A stretch of 64,000 bases of DNA from Eledone cirrhosa (lineage: Eukaryota), in contig CAXHJY010001646.1 in the NCBI GenBank assembly GCA_964016885.1, forward strand, positions 9,130-73,129, in the 5' to 3' direction. This document shows positions 13,028-26,074 of the stretch, one piece after another. The notes beneath the pieces were generated by a model, which saw only the letters and a program-made list of their open reading frames with translations, searched no databases and was not told where the DNA came from. Made by a program: the position numbers and the translations under genes. The first letter of the stretch is position 1; the number at the start of each line of letters is the position of its first letter.

Positions 13028-13585
13028 GTGTGCGAGAGAGAGAGAGGGGAGAAAGGGACTGTTGCTATTTTATTTAAAGTCTTGTAATAATTACCAGTTT
13101 CCAGAAATAGAAACAATATTCTTTTGCAAACCCTCAACAATAATAATAATTTGTAACGACAATAACAACAACAACAATGGAAAAATTGTTTATTTTTCGC
13201 TGAAAGTCTCCAGAAATCATTAGGGTGGGTGTGGGGGATGTGTGTGGTGATGGGGGTGGGGAATGTGTGTGGCGGGGGGGGGGGGGTAATGTGGTGATGG
13301 GTGGTGGGGTGGTTGTGTGTGTGTGTGGTGGGGGTGATGTGTGTGTGTGTGTGCGGTGGGGGGTGATGTGTGTGTGTGTGTGTGTGGTGGGGTGATGTGT
13401 GTGTCAGTGTGTTTGTTATGGTGATGTGTATATGTATGTGTTGGGCTGTGTGTGGTAGGGTATGTATGTGTTGGGCTGTGTGTGGTAGGGTATGTATGTG
13501 TGGTGGGGGTGATGGTTTCATGCCCCACCCTGTTCGCTGAAAGGAAAGGTGGGGTGGTGTCTTCCAAAAGAAGTCTTTTTTTCAA

Positions 13586-13633
<48 letters not shown>

Positions 13634-13723
13634 ATTACAAAGCCAAGGGAAGTGCATGTTGTATATTTCTGGTACTTTTTATATTTTAGGAAGTCTGCTA
13701 AGTAACAAAATCACAGCGATCAG

Positions 13724-13759
<36 letters not shown>

Positions 13760-13865
13760 CACACACACACACACATATACACATACATACACACATACAT
13801 ATATAAACACACACACACACACACATAAACACACACACACACACAAACATACACACACACATATA

Positions 13866-13935
<70 letters not shown>

Positions 13936-13961
13936 CATACACACATATCTCTCTATCTATC

Positions 13962-14382
13962 TAGGGCGGGTGAAATTCCCGAGATCCATGGACGAGTTCT
14001 CCAGCGGTCTCTGTCCCTCATCAACGCTGCCATGTCCTGCGTCTCCAACAGACCAGTGTCTGTCCTTAGGGCATCAACATACGTTAACCTTGGTCTTCCT
14101 CTTCCAGTGTGTCCATGCAGGAGCTCCCAAAGGAGCACTGAGTGCAGTGTCATCTCTGGATGTTGGTGAGCATGTCCAGCTAACCCCAGTCTCCTCTGTG
14201 TCACTTTTGAGCTGACTTTTGGGAGGCTCCCATGCAGCTCTGAGTTTTTCATCCTCAGTGTATACTGATTAATGTTCAGAGCTATCCTCAGCATTCTCGT
14301 GTAGCACCCATCCACCATCTGAGTGAGTTTCTTGGTCAATGTCCAAGTCTCAGACCCGTACAGCAGCACAGACTCCACTACA
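13962..14382 (-). mobile_element. 3' fragment of an RTE-type LINE ORF (C-terminal region after RT), decayed
   Basis: VESVLLYGSETWTLT...YTRMLR...GRGRPRLTY...DRDRWR motifs. Confidence 0.85.
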
Positions 14383-14497
14383 GTCCAAGTATTTGAGGTT
14401 TCACTCCTGTGGAAGTGATATGAATGTCACTACTTAGCTATTATTGTGATAGAGATTTGGTTCTAGTCACATGTGTGTGACTGTATATGTGTGTGAC

Positions 14498-14566
<69 letters not shown>

Positions 14567-14573
14567 CTGTATA

Positions 14574-14611
<38 letters not shown>

Positions 14612-14684
14612 CAAACACACAATTGGAAGAAACAATTGTCAGCAAATAAATGTATTAAACTAAGATTTGATTGTTTTAACACTT

Positions 14685-14729
<45 letters not shown>

Positions 14730-14732
<3 letters not shown>

Positions 14733-16284
14733 TAAAAGTTGGTGTCCATCAGGGCTCTGTTCTTAGCCCCCTACTATTTATTATTGCCCTTCAAGCTATA
14801 ACAGAGGAGTTCAAGACCGGCTGCCCATGGGAACTCCTATACGCAGATGATCTAACGCTCATTGCTGAATCAATGGCCGAGCTAGAGAAGAAATTCCAAA
14901 CATGGAAGCACGGCCTAGAATCAAAAGGCCTTAAAATTAACCTGGCTAAGACTAAAGTTCTAGTTTGTAAGAAAGAAAATAAGGTGGCGGTCCCTTCCGT
15001 GAAGTGGCCATGCTCAGTGTGTAGGAAAGGCGTAGGTAGAAACTCCATTTTATGTCCCAAATGCAAAGTATGGGTGCATAAAAGATGTAGTGGGATCACA
15101 GGTAAGCTAACTAAGAACATAGATTTTACATGTGGCCGGTGCTCTGGTGCAATAAGTAGCAGCAAGTGCCCACAAAATACTAGCTCCTTCAACTGCGCAG
15201 AGGGTTCTATAGAAATAGTGGACAGTTTCCGTTACCTGGGTGACAAAATCAGCAGTGGGGGAGGGTGCTCTGAAAGTACAGTAGCTAGAGTCAGAACTGG
15301 ATGGAAAAAGTTCAGAGAGCTTATACCACTATTAGCCGCTAAAGGGTTCTCCCTAAAAATGAAAGGCAGGTTGTATGATGCCTGCATACGAACAGCAATG
15401 TTGCATGGCAGTGAGACCTGGGCATTGTGTGCAGAGGATATACGCAGACTAGAGAGGAACGAAGCTTGCATGCTCCGCTGGATGTGTAATAGTAATATAC
15501 GTGAACGGCAAAGCATAAACGAACTAAGGAAAAAATTAGAAATAAGAGGGATCAGATGTTGTTTACTCGAGAGAAGGCTACGTTGGTATGGTCACGTGAT
15601 GCACATGAAAGACGATAGCTGTATAACAAAGTGCAGGGCAATAAAGATAGACGGTAGCCACGGAGTAGGCAGACCCAGAAAAACCTGGGACGAGCTGATA
15701 AATTCCGACCTCACACACTTACACCTCTCCAAGACAATGTCACTGGACCGAGACCTTTGGCGGTACTCAGTAATAGAGAAGACCCGCCTTACCTAAATAC
15801 AAAGTAAAACCTACTACAGTCAGTAGGCATCTCTAACAAAATACACCCCCGTCCCACCCCATCCACACCGCCCCTTTCAATGTAAAGTTATGTTGGTGCC
15901 ACAACATCCAGGCCGAAACAAATGAGATCGTGTAGGTGTCACGACAAAAAAACACACAGTCCACGCTGTAATGTGGCCGTGTAGGCAACACGGTAAAAAC
16001 CTCCCAGCTCCACACTGTAAATGTGGTTGGTGTTAGGAAGGGCATCCAGCTGTGGAAAACCCGCCAGACAGTCCACGCTGTAATGTGGCCGTGTAGGCAA
16101 CACGGTAAACACCTCCCAGCCCCACACTGTAAATGTGGTTGGTGTTAGGAAGGGCATCCAGCTGTAGAAAACCCGCCAGACAGTCCTATGCGAGCAAGAC
16201 AATCACTCTTGCCTCAAGTGGGAAAACCCCCGTCCAAACCCATGCAAGCATGGAACACGGACGTTAAACGTTGATGATGATGAT
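14730..16284 (+). mobile_element. 5'-truncated RTE-type LINE: RT C-terminal half (stop at 15796), 3' UTR and (GAT)n tail
   Basis: GVHQGSVLSPLLF, LLYADD, FRYLG, MLHGSETW, RLRWYGHV and GRPRKTW motifs. Starts directly after an (AT)n tract. The 3' UTR has a ~112-bp internal tandem duplication. Confidence 0.95.
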
Positions 16285-16291
16285 ATATATA

Positions 16292-16500
16292 TCATCATTT
16301 AACGTCTATCTTCCACGCTTGCATGGGTTAGACGGGAGTTGTCCCACTTGAGGCAAGCTTGGTCGAGTGACCGTGTCTCGCTCATATAAGACTATCTGGC
16401 AGGTTTTCTACGGCTGGATGGCCTTCCTAACACCAACCACATTTACAGTGTGGACTGGGAACTTTTTACCATGTTACCTACACGGCCACATTACAGCATA
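16292..16500 (-). mobile_element. Fragment of the RTE 3' UTR or a related SINE tail
   Basis: Reverse-complement similarity to 16070-16284. Further copies at ~29790-30013(-), 45070-45294(+), 48510-48830(-) and 42650-42822(+). Confidence 0.85.
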
Positions 16501-16920
16501 CTTACACATGTACACATACAATAAATTATATACATTTGCTAACAAGAGTATATTGAATAAGTGGATGTTATTTTTTTTGCAAATAAAATCATAAACATTG
16601 ATATATATACACATTGATATATATACACATTGATATATATAAACATTGATATATAAGAACATTGATATATAAGAACATTGATATATAAGAACATTGATAT
16701 ATGAGAAGACCTGGGATGAGATGATAAAAGCCGACCTTACCCAATTACACCTCTCAAAAGCGATGACACACGACCGTGACCTCTGGCGTCACGCAGTAAT
16801 AGAGAAAACCCGACCCACCACGGGTACAAGCCGAAGCTGAAGCATAGAGACAATATGCCCCCACACCCTCCCACTCAAAGTGGTCGTGTAGGCGCCACGG
16901 AAAAGAGCACCCAGCACTCA

Positions 16921-16957
<37 letters not shown>

Positions 16958-16960
<3 letters not shown>

Positions 16961-17143
16961 ATAATTGTTTCTACTTTAGGCACAAGGCCAGCAATTACCC
17001 AGTGCATTACTGGTACTTTATTTTATCAACCCCGTAAGGATGAAAGGCAAAGTCAACCTCGGCGGGATTTGAACTCAGATTGTAAAGGGACGTAACTATG
17101 CTGGAAAGCATGGCGCCTGACCCTCGACCGATACTGCCAATTC
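16958..17143 (-). mobile_element. tRNA-derived SINE family A (central domain gcctttcatccttacggggtcgataaaataaagtacc, resembling the MetaSINE domain)
   Basis: Head with A-box-like tggcagtatcggtag and B-box gagttcaaatccc. Many copies: ~24384-24540, 29067-29250, 30445-30630, 32915-33318, 33450-33590, 45395-45505, 49164-49430. Confidence 0.85.
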
Positions 17144-17336
17144 AATAGTAATAATAATAAATTTGAAGACTAAAATCCAAAGAGGGCTCGATAAGGATAA
17201 ATATATATAAAATATATAAGAACCACTTCTGCGTTTACAGATTGACTTTGTTAGTTTCAGAAGATCCCGTTAAGGGTGAAAGCAGCGATTCTTTGCTTAA
17301 ACTTTAATCTGTTATTTTAATAAATATATATATATA

Positions 17337-17585
17337 TCCAGGGAGTGTAAAGCAGAGTTACTGTAGGTTCACCCGGGTGAGCACTTGTTTAGGCTCACGT
17401 CGGTATCGAGGTGTAGAGCTAGTCAGAGTAGTACATTCTATCATTACTACCACAGAGATCCGACGAGCCATTGATTACAGAGCTGGGCTAGATCGATACA
17501 GATAGAACCTTGAGCTGATCAACAGCAAAACGCGCGCCACCAACCAATCAACCCAATGAAGGAGTAACCATTCGTCCTTGTTATA
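17337..17585. mobile_element. Penelope-like terminal fragment with an internal inversion and a degenerate hammerhead
   Basis: Same family as 43133-43555. 17337-17430 is the reverse complement of that element's 3' tail, joined to a forward segment carrying ccgacga...caaaacgcgcg. Confidence 0.65.
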
Positions 17586-17593
17586 TATATCTA

Positions 17594-17879
17594 TATATTT
17601 CGTTTCTGAATTTGTTTAGCAAGATTCTTTATCTGAAAACGTGTGTTGAAACCGATATTGTTATGCTTTGGGAGGGTCATGTTGCCAATAAGAATCACAC
17701 GCACCAGTTGCTTTCACTCCAGTCACTGAAGAGGTCACAGAATGTGTGACGAAAGAACTTTGACAATATATGAACAACCGTGCGGTTGTGGAACCAACCA
17801 ACCGGAAATTTATAATAAATTGGAGTGAAAGCAACTGGTGCGTGTGTTTCTTATTGGCAACATGACCCTCCCAAAGCAT

Positions 17880-17886
<7 letters not shown>
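17594..17886. mobile_element. Fold-back Penelope-like element with a hammerhead at 17722-17764 (+)
   Basis: Inverted arms ~17655-17721 and 17821-17886. Motif gtca-CUGAAGA-g-gtcaca/tgtgac-GAAA-gaac-UU-tgac. A second rearranged copy lies at 53800-53985. Confidence 0.75.
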
Positions 17887-17932
<46 letters not shown>

Positions 17933-18148
17933 AGTGGAAGCTTAGTAAAATCGAAGCTTTGGCTGTGGCCAAGCAAAGTCGACCTACAATTAGGAATGAG
18001 TAGCAAAGCACTCAATAAGGGTAGGTCCTTAGAATAATAACATTACGTTTAGATAGCTTGACAAATTGAAAATTGCGGCAGGCAAAACCCAACCATACAA
18101 TACCAAAACAACGAAAGAACTAATCAGGTTAAACAATGTATATATATA

Positions 18149-18540
18149 TCATCATCATCATCATCATCATCATTTTACGTCCGCTTTTCCCTGCTTGCAA
18201 GGGTGGGACAGGTCTTATTCAGCACAGCATCTCTCCACTCGTCACGGTCCTTCGTCATCTCCACAGTGAGCTTCAATGATCTGAGGTCTGTTCTCACCAC
18301 CTCCGCCCATGTTTTTCGTGGTCTACCTCTACCACGTCTTCCTTCAACTGGCATTTCCTGGCACTTCTTCACCCATCGGTCATCCTCCATGCGCATCAAA
18401 TGTCCATACCACCTCAGTCTCCCGTACACTACATTCTATCCCTCTCAGACACAGTTTCTCTCTCAACACATTTATGCTGGGTCGTTCACGCACATTTACA
18501 TTGCACATCCAACGGAGCATGCTTGCCTCATTTCTCTCCA
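18149..18540 (-). mobile_element. 3' fragment of an RTE-type LINE (second subfamily)
   Basis: RLRWYGHLMRMEDDRWVKKC...GRPRKTW with a (GAT)n tail. Near-identical to 21735-22126 in inverted orientation. Confidence 0.92.
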
Positions 18541-18815
18541 TATATATATATATACACACAAACAGAAAATTAGGTTAAATTCCCAATATTTTCAGCTGGA
18601 ATACCTGTGTTTCGCTGGGGAATTATTTCCACAGCTTGTCAGTCTGACATCTTTGAAATGGATGTTGTCAGGAGTAAAACATGTGCATTCGACAGATGAA
18701 AATGTTGGGAATTTAACCTAATTTGGTATATTACAACTCGTCCCTCGGACTGAGTGCTCTGCCGACTTTGGATAAAAATATTTTTTTTACAAAATGCACT
18801 ACATCATCATTACAC

Positions 18816-18849
<34 letters not shown>

Positions 18850-18901
18850 GAGTTGAGTCTATATATATATATATATATATATAGCCTCAACTGTGTGTGT
18901 A

Positions 18902-18970
<69 letters not shown>

Positions 18971-18975
<5 letters not shown>

Positions 18976-19162
18976 AGTAAGTAAGACCCCGACGGCTGAG
19001 CTCTAGCCGTTTCGACGGCTAATTCAGTACAGAATTAGCCGTCGAAACGGCTTGAGCTCAGCCATCGGGGTCTTACTTACTCCTATTACCCACTCTACTA
19101 CCCTAAGTATTGAGTACTTTGGTGCGTTATGGTCCACCTGGTTCCTTACCACTTTTCCCTCG

Positions 19163-19163
<1 letters not shown>
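18971..19163 (+). mobile_element. Fold-back short element in (AT)n, carrying the 3' half of a hammerhead (GAAAcggc...gccGUC)
   Basis: Inverted repeat 18971-19086. Other copies at ~28420-28628, 30080-30255, 34821-35020 and 52320-52502. Confidence 0.75.
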
Positions 19164-19245
<82 letters not shown>

Positions 19246-19312
19246 TTATTCCGGGTTCAATCGGGAGTAACCACAGTAAGTAAGGTACTCAATACATAGC
19301 AGAATATAAATG

Positions 19313-19385
19313 TTTAATATAGAAAAGCTTCCTGATGAGTTCTCACGAATGAAACAGTTCTAGTCCTGTAGAAGCTTTTCTATAT

Positions 19386-19389
<4 letters not shown>
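19313..19389 (+). ncRNA. Type I hammerhead ribozyme motif
   Basis: 19-bp stem I tttaatatagaaaagcttc/gaagcttttctatattaaa, CUGAUGA (19332-38), stem II gttc-tcac-gaat, GAAA, stem III cag/ctg, cleavage triplet GUA (19368-70). Confidence 0.85.
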
Positions 19390-19422
<33 letters not shown>

Positions 19423-19426
<4 letters not shown>

Positions 19427-20104
19427 ATAAGGGCGCTGCGGAGTTGCAAATGGGTTACATATGAAAAAAGTGTGTCCTTCATCAGTGATCTTCCAACTAT
19501 CATAGGCATTTCATCGCTTTAAAGACCATATACCTCCGGTTGGTGCGAGCAACGGCTAAAAAAAGTCATTGGGACACGTAAATAAAGGGGACGCGAGGGT
19601 AAACAAACAAAATGGTGAGGCAACAGAAAGTGAGGAAGAAGGAGACAAGTCCCAGATTTCTATGAATTTAAGTTCGGTGAAATCGTGAACGAGAGAATAA
19701 AGACCATCAAACCTGGTTGAAATGTGAGCAAGGAAGGAATTTCGCACAGGTCTAACGGGAGGAAGAAGGGGTCTGGTCTGCGAATTCGGTAAACATAAGT
19801 TCTGTGAAATCGTAGACCAGAGAGAAAAAATTCCGACCAGCTTGGCCGAGAATGTGAGAGAAAAGAATTACTCACAGGTCAAACGGGAAGAAAGAGGAGA
19901 AGGAGAGGTAGTGACAGAGAATGAGTGAGTGAAGGGTGAGGAAGAGGCTAACAGAGAGAGAGAGACTGCTAGAAAGGGTAAAGATACATAGAACGAAAAA
20001 GACGGTGTAGCAGCAGAGGAAAAAATATGTGTAAATATGATAATAAAGGCGCTGCGGAGTTGCAAATGGGTTACATATGATAAAAGTTTGTCCTTCATCA
20101 GTGA
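19423..20104 (-). mobile_element. Element bounded by ~65-bp direct repeats (pseudo-LTR-like), probably Penelope-related
   Basis: 19423-19488 matches 20041-20104 (ggcgctgcggagttgcaaatgggttacatatga...gtccttcatcagtga). Each repeat has CUGAUGA on the minus strand but no downstream GAAA. Confidence 0.5.
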
Positions 20105-21270
20105 TTCAGCACAGCATCTCTCCACTTGTTACGGTCCTTCGTCATCCCCTCCGTGAGCTTCAGCAATCTGAGGTCTGCTCTCACCACCTCCTCCCATAAT
20201 TTTTGTGGTCTCTACTGTGTCTTCCTTCTACTGGTATATCTTGGCACTTCTTTACCCAGCGGTCATCCTCCATGCGCATCACATGTCCATACCATCCAGA
20301 CCTTTCTTCTCCACACCTTCCTGTATGTCTCATTCCATCTCTTTCTTACTGAGATATCACTAACGACTAACCTATGCTGTGGGGTACATTCTTCCCCAGG
20401 GTATGCCTTGGTATTTGACACCATCTGCCTAACTAGTAAGAAGTCAATCTGGCTTATGTGCTCGTCTGATTTGTAGGTTATTAGGTGGTTGGCAGGTTTC
20501 TGGAAGTTAGTGTTGCAAATAGTCAGTGTACTTGCGTCACAAAATTCAAGAAGTCTCACTCCTTCATTTCTTGAGCCGTAACCGTGCCTACCATGTACCC
20601 CAGTGTAACCATCCTGGAGCTGTCGAACGTGACCAGCGAAGTCCCCTGCTAGCATAATGATGTCTCCGTCCTCTGTCATTTTGGCTGTTTGTAAAAGTTG
20701 CTCGTAAAACCAGTCTTTCTCTTCTTTGCCTAGGCCTGCTTGGGGAGCATAGGCAGAGATGATTGTCAGTAGTCTCCCGCCTACAACTAATCTAAGCTTA
20801 ATTATTCGATTATTAACTCGAACTACCTCTATTGTCTTATTGATCCATCTCTCAGCCAGGAAAATACCTACTCCCCCTAACCCATCATCCTTACCTACCC
20901 AGAAAAGCTTATAGCTAAGATGTTTGCCTGCGACTAGTCTTGCAGAGGCACCTCTCCATCTCACCTCTTGCACGCAGCACACATCCACATGCCTTCTCTC
21001 CAGCATCTCCACTATTTCACCAGCTCTACCTGTGAGAGTGCCAACATTAAGTGTTGCAACTCTGAGATACGGCATCTTCATATTTTTGTTGTTCCTATAT
21101 ATTTGTTGCTGTGCTCATAATTGTTTTGGCATTGATACACTGGTTGGATGCCCTTCCTAACACAAGTGCAACTTTACAGCATGGACTGGGTGCTTTTATT
21201 CGTGCCACCAGCATCAGAGAGGATGTCTTACTGAACTCATGGGCCCTCTCTACCCCTCCATTTTACAGCA
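20105..21270 (-). mobile_element. Internally deleted RTE-type LINE: 5' region and APE endonuclease joined to the extreme 3' end
   Basis: LRVATLNVGTL, VQEVRW, ISAYAPQ, GDF and SQIDFLL...QHRLVV (APE motifs), followed immediately by the ...tggtatggacatgtgatgcgcatggaggatgac 3' end. Confidence 0.92.
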
Positions 21271-21312
21271 TGGTCATAACAAAAATATGTGTGTGTGTGT
21301 GTGTATACACAC

Positions 21313-21349
<37 letters not shown>

Positions 21350-21356
21350 TATATAT

Positions 21357-21390
<34 letters not shown>

Positions 21391-21391
<1 letters not shown>

Positions 21392-22126
21392 ACAGGTAGG
21401 GAGAAATACGTATGCAGTAGATGTACAGGGAAATTAGACAGTAAAAGTCGCATTGATAGACACATTTTTCAAATGCAGGCGGGTGCTATAGAAGTGGTGG
21501 ATAGCTTCCGGTACCTAGGAGATCAGATTAGCATGGGAAGGGGGGGGGTGTTCTGAGGCCATAGTATCTAGAATAAGGACGGGTTGGAAGAAGTTTAGGG
21601 AGCTGCTTCCTCTGCTGACGAAGAAGGGTTTCTCCCTGCGTACGAAAAACCAGTTATATGATGCCTGTGTGAGGAGCGCGATGTTGCATGGTAGTGAGAC
21701 ATGGGCAGCAACTGCAGAGGATATGCGACGGCTGGAGAGAAATGAGGCAAGCATGCTCCGCTGGATGTGCAATGTCAATGTGCGTGAACGACCAAGCATG
21801 AATGTGTTGAGAGAGAAACTGTGTCTGAGAGGGATAGAATGTAGTGTACGGGAGAGGAGACTGAGGTGGTATGGACATGTGATGCGCATGGAGGATGACC
21901 GATGGGTGAAGAAATGCCAGGAAATGCCAGTAGAAGGAAGACGTGGTAGAGCTAGACCACGAAAAACATGGGCGGAGGTGGTGAGAAAAGACTTCAGATC
22001 GCTAAAGCTCACGGTGGAGATGACGAAGGACCGTGATAAGTGGAGAGATGCTGTGCCGAATAAGACCTGTCCCACCCTTGCAAGCAGGGAAGAGCGGATG
22101 TAAAATGATGATGATGATGATGATGA
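21391..22126 (+). mobile_element. 5'-truncated RTE-type LINE 3' portion with frameshifts
   Basis: YVCSRC, DSFRYLGD, MLHGSETW, RLRWYGHV and RPRKTW motifs with a (GAT)n tail. Confidence 0.93.
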
Positions 22127-23132
22127 TATATATATATATATATACACATACATATATATTTATGTATACACACACACACACATATATATACATACATACA
22201 TACACACCCAGTGAGACACATCAACCTAGATAGATGGCAAGTTTCAGAGTTTAGCAGAGAACCAAGACAATCCCTATAATGACAATTACAGATTGTAATG
22301 GAAGTTAGCAGGGGCAGTAACTGTTGGAGACATAGTGTGGTGGTGGTGGTGAGATAGGGAGAGACAAGAAAAAGGAGAGAATGTGAGAGATAGTAAGAGA
22401 GAGAGACAGACTAAGGTGAAAAGGGGAAGAGTGATGGGGGTGAGAACAGCAACAGTTGAAGACACGTGGGAGAGGGGGAAAGGTGAAGGAAAGAGAGGAA
22501 ACAAAGAGTGAGCATTCCTAGACATGATTGAGAGAGAGAGGAGAGTGAAAGAGAGGGGGTGAGCAAGGGAGGGAGGGTGAAAGAGAGAGAGAAAGAGAGA
22601 GAGTTGGCTTTCCACAAAGATCCCTTCCCTACTATCTCCACTCCACTGCCTTCTATCACTCACACTCAGTGGAACACTGCACTCAACTAACCACACAGTC
22701 TTTCTCTCTCTCTTTCCTCTGACTCCCTCCCTCCCCTTGTAACCTTCAGCGAAGTAAAAAAGGAGGTGGAGACAGAGAGAGGCGGAGGAGGTTTGTTTGA
22801 AGTTGTCTCCCCATGGAAATATTGTTTACTTAAGGATGTGTTCACTGAACACACCCACATACACACACAGACAGACTATGTGTATGTGGTGATGTGTGTA
22901 TATGTGATAATGTGTATATGTGATAATGTGTATGTGTAGTGATGTTTATATGTATGGATGTGTGTGGTGAAATGTAGTGATGTGTGTGTGTGTATAGTAA
23001 TTTGTGTGTGTGTAGTGATTGTATGTGTAATGCCTAGAGAGAGAGAGAGAGAAAGAGTGTGTGTGTGTATATGTATGTATGAGACTGCCAGCTGTTTGTA
23101 TATACAATCCTGTATCTGTAGAGATGTTTCTG

Positions 23133-23232
<100 letters not shown>

Positions 23233-23536
23233 GGGGGGGGGGGTTCATGATGTGTAGCTATTATTCATACATTACATACATACACACATCCTGACATATA
23301 AAGAGAGACACACACACACATACATAGACACATCCTGACATATAAAGAGACACACACATATAGACACACAAATACATACATACTCACATCGTGATATATA
23401 AAGAGACACACAAATACAGACATACAGACATACAGACATACATGTAAGTGTGTGTGTATGTATATGATGTATGATGTCTTGGCTAACAAAGAGACCAACA
23501 TCAGACCCTCTCCCCTCTCACTGCAGACAGACCCCA

Positions 23537-23685
23537 CTACCTTGTCTTCTACCCCCCACCCCACCTAGGCTTCCAATCACAAGCCCACACTGGTCCCTTC
23601 ATGGGCATGCAGGCCCACGAAGGGACCAGTGTGAGCTTGTGAGCTGAAGCCAAGGCGGGGGATAGGTAGGTAGAAGACAAGGTAG
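23537..23685. other. ~150-bp imperfect palindrome (hairpin)
   Basis: Outer arms ctaccttgtcttctac/gtagaagacaaggtag. Inner 29-bp arms cacaagcccacactggtcccttcatgggc/gcccacgaagggaccagtgtgagcttgtg. Confidence 0.85.
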
Positions 23686-23720
23686 ACATGTTAAGACATG
23701 GTTGAGGAAGATCCAACAGG

Positions 23721-23950
23721 CATGGGTCTGGTCTGAAAGCCAGCTCATCACGGGGCTTATAGCTGCGCAGGATGAAGATCTCTCTCGAGGAACACCTGGT
23801 AGACATGGGTCTGGCCTGAAAGCCAGCTCATCACTGGGTTTATAGCTGCGCAGGGTGAAGATCTCTCTCGAGGAAGACCTGGTAGGTTTGGGTCTGACCT
23901 GAGAACCAGCTCATCACAGGACTTATGACTGTGTTGAGTGAAGATCTCTT
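23721..23950. repeat. 83-bp tandem repeat, ~2.8 copies
   Basis: catgggtctgg... units start at 23721, 23804 and 23887. Confidence 0.88.
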
Positions 23951-26074
23951 GTCAACTGATACTCCATATGGAGCAGGAAAGAATAATAAACTAACGTCAC
24001 ATTTCATAGGTTATATTTTTATAATTAAAACATAAGAGATAGCGAGAAAATATGATAAATTAAAAAAATTATTCATTTGATGAAGGGATTTTATTCCGAA
24101 ATATAAAGGGCCATTAAACAACTGCAAGGTTACATTCCAACATCTTTGTTATTATATTTTAAAAATTTAATGCTCCATTTTCATTTCTATGTGTACGTAT
24201 GGACCCCGTAACTCCTGATGGAGTTGTAGGGGTGCCATGTTGACATATAGCGTTTCTAGGGCATTTTAAAACCTAGAGGAGCTCATCTCCTCTCCAGGTC
24301 TGAACACAGCAGATTTCTTTCAAAGAAGGATAGAAAGAGTGAGAAAAAGATATAGAGGAAGAATTGACTCCAGTACTTGACTGTTACTTTTTTTTGTACC
24401 AGACTGGTACATTTTTATTGACCTCAAATGGATGAAAGGTAAATTTGACCTCGGCAGGATTTGAACTCGGAGAGCAGAGAGCTCGAACAAATACCACAAA
24501 GCATTCCATTCGACATTCTAATGACTCTGCTAATTCGCCACCCTTTTCATTGCTGTAGTCTTCTAAAAAAAACACTATTTTTAAAGACATTTTTTTTAAT
24601 GTTTATATTTGGTTTAGCAAATGACATGGAAGTTGAAATATGTACAATATACATTTGCTGGCAGAGCTGAGACACATCATCAGTGATGTGGTCTGAAGAG
24701 GTTGGGTGGGTTGAGGGTTTTATTCGGGACTTTTTGGGGGTCTTTCGACATCAGACACCCTTTCCTAGAGATAAATGGAGGTTGACTAGGTCTCTACTTG
24801 TACCCCAGCAATGTGATGAAGCATGGCAGTGGTGGCGGCGTCGGTGGTGGTGACAGCCCCCATACCCATATAAGTAATAAATTCGGTGAATCAGACAGGA
24901 TATTTGAGATGTTTTCTGTTTTCTTATTTCCAGATCTATTGTGAAGGATTTTTCAACATTACATATATAGTCAGTAGCTACCACCACCACCAATACCACC
25001 CCACCACTAACACAACCTCCCACCACCACCACCACTATACCACCACCAATACCACCAATGTCACGAAGGTATTCAATACCTTTTCTCTTTGTGACGACAT
25101 GTTGTTGTTAAAAGTCTACAGTACACAATGTATGATGTATGTATATAATATATTCAGCTATGTATGTATATGACATGGTATTTGCATGTATGTGTGCGTG
25201 TGTGTGTATGTATGTATGTATGTGTGTATTTATGTATGTTTGTATGTATGTGATGTGCGCATGTATGTATATATGTATATATGTGTGTATGTATGTGTGT
25301 ATATAATAGGAAGGACTGACCTGGGATATATATAGCAAGTATTACTAATGACAACAACAACAACGTCAGTGACGTCAAGACAACGACGGAAGAGAAGAGA
25401 GGGAGGGCTCGTACGAGGTCGGTCACACAACACACAAGAAATAGCAGCCAACTTTTTCCTCAAATCACACCCTACCGTCTATACATACATACAAACAAAC
25501 AAAAAGACAGGACACATTACATAATGTAGTCCCAGATGTATTATAATATCTAGAAAACCAAACTAAAATCGAGCGAGTGGTCACGGCTAGAAGTACTTTT
25601 TGATCACAGTCCTGCATAATCATAACTGACCTTGGGCTTAAAAACATCAGTGACCACCACCACGACGACAACAACCAGTAACAACAGTTCGTAATGTGTG
25701 TGTGTGTGTGTCTTTACGTGTGTATATGCGTGTGTCTTTACGTGTGTATATGAGTGCGTGTGTCTTTACGTGTGTATATGAGTGCGTGTGTCTTTACGGA
25801 TGCGAATGAGCGTGTGTGTGTGTGTGTGTGTCTGTGTGTGTGTATGCGTATGTCTGTGTTTCAAAACAGAGAAAGAGGGTGGAGAAACAAGCAGAGAGAG
25901 AGAGAGACAGAGAGAAACAGAGAGATTGAGAATAATAGAGGAAGAGAGTTTATAGAGAGAGAGAGAGAGAGAGAGAGAAGAAAAAAATATGGTAATAAAG
26001 AGATGGACAGAGAGAAAGAGATGGTAATAGAGGTGTAGAATTAAGAGAGGTATAGAGAGATATGTAGGAAGGTA

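Noticed and set aside
13589-13633. ~45-nt poly-C run read as a poly-Pro or poly-Gly ORF
   Set aside because: Homopolymer of uncertain length with no coding context.
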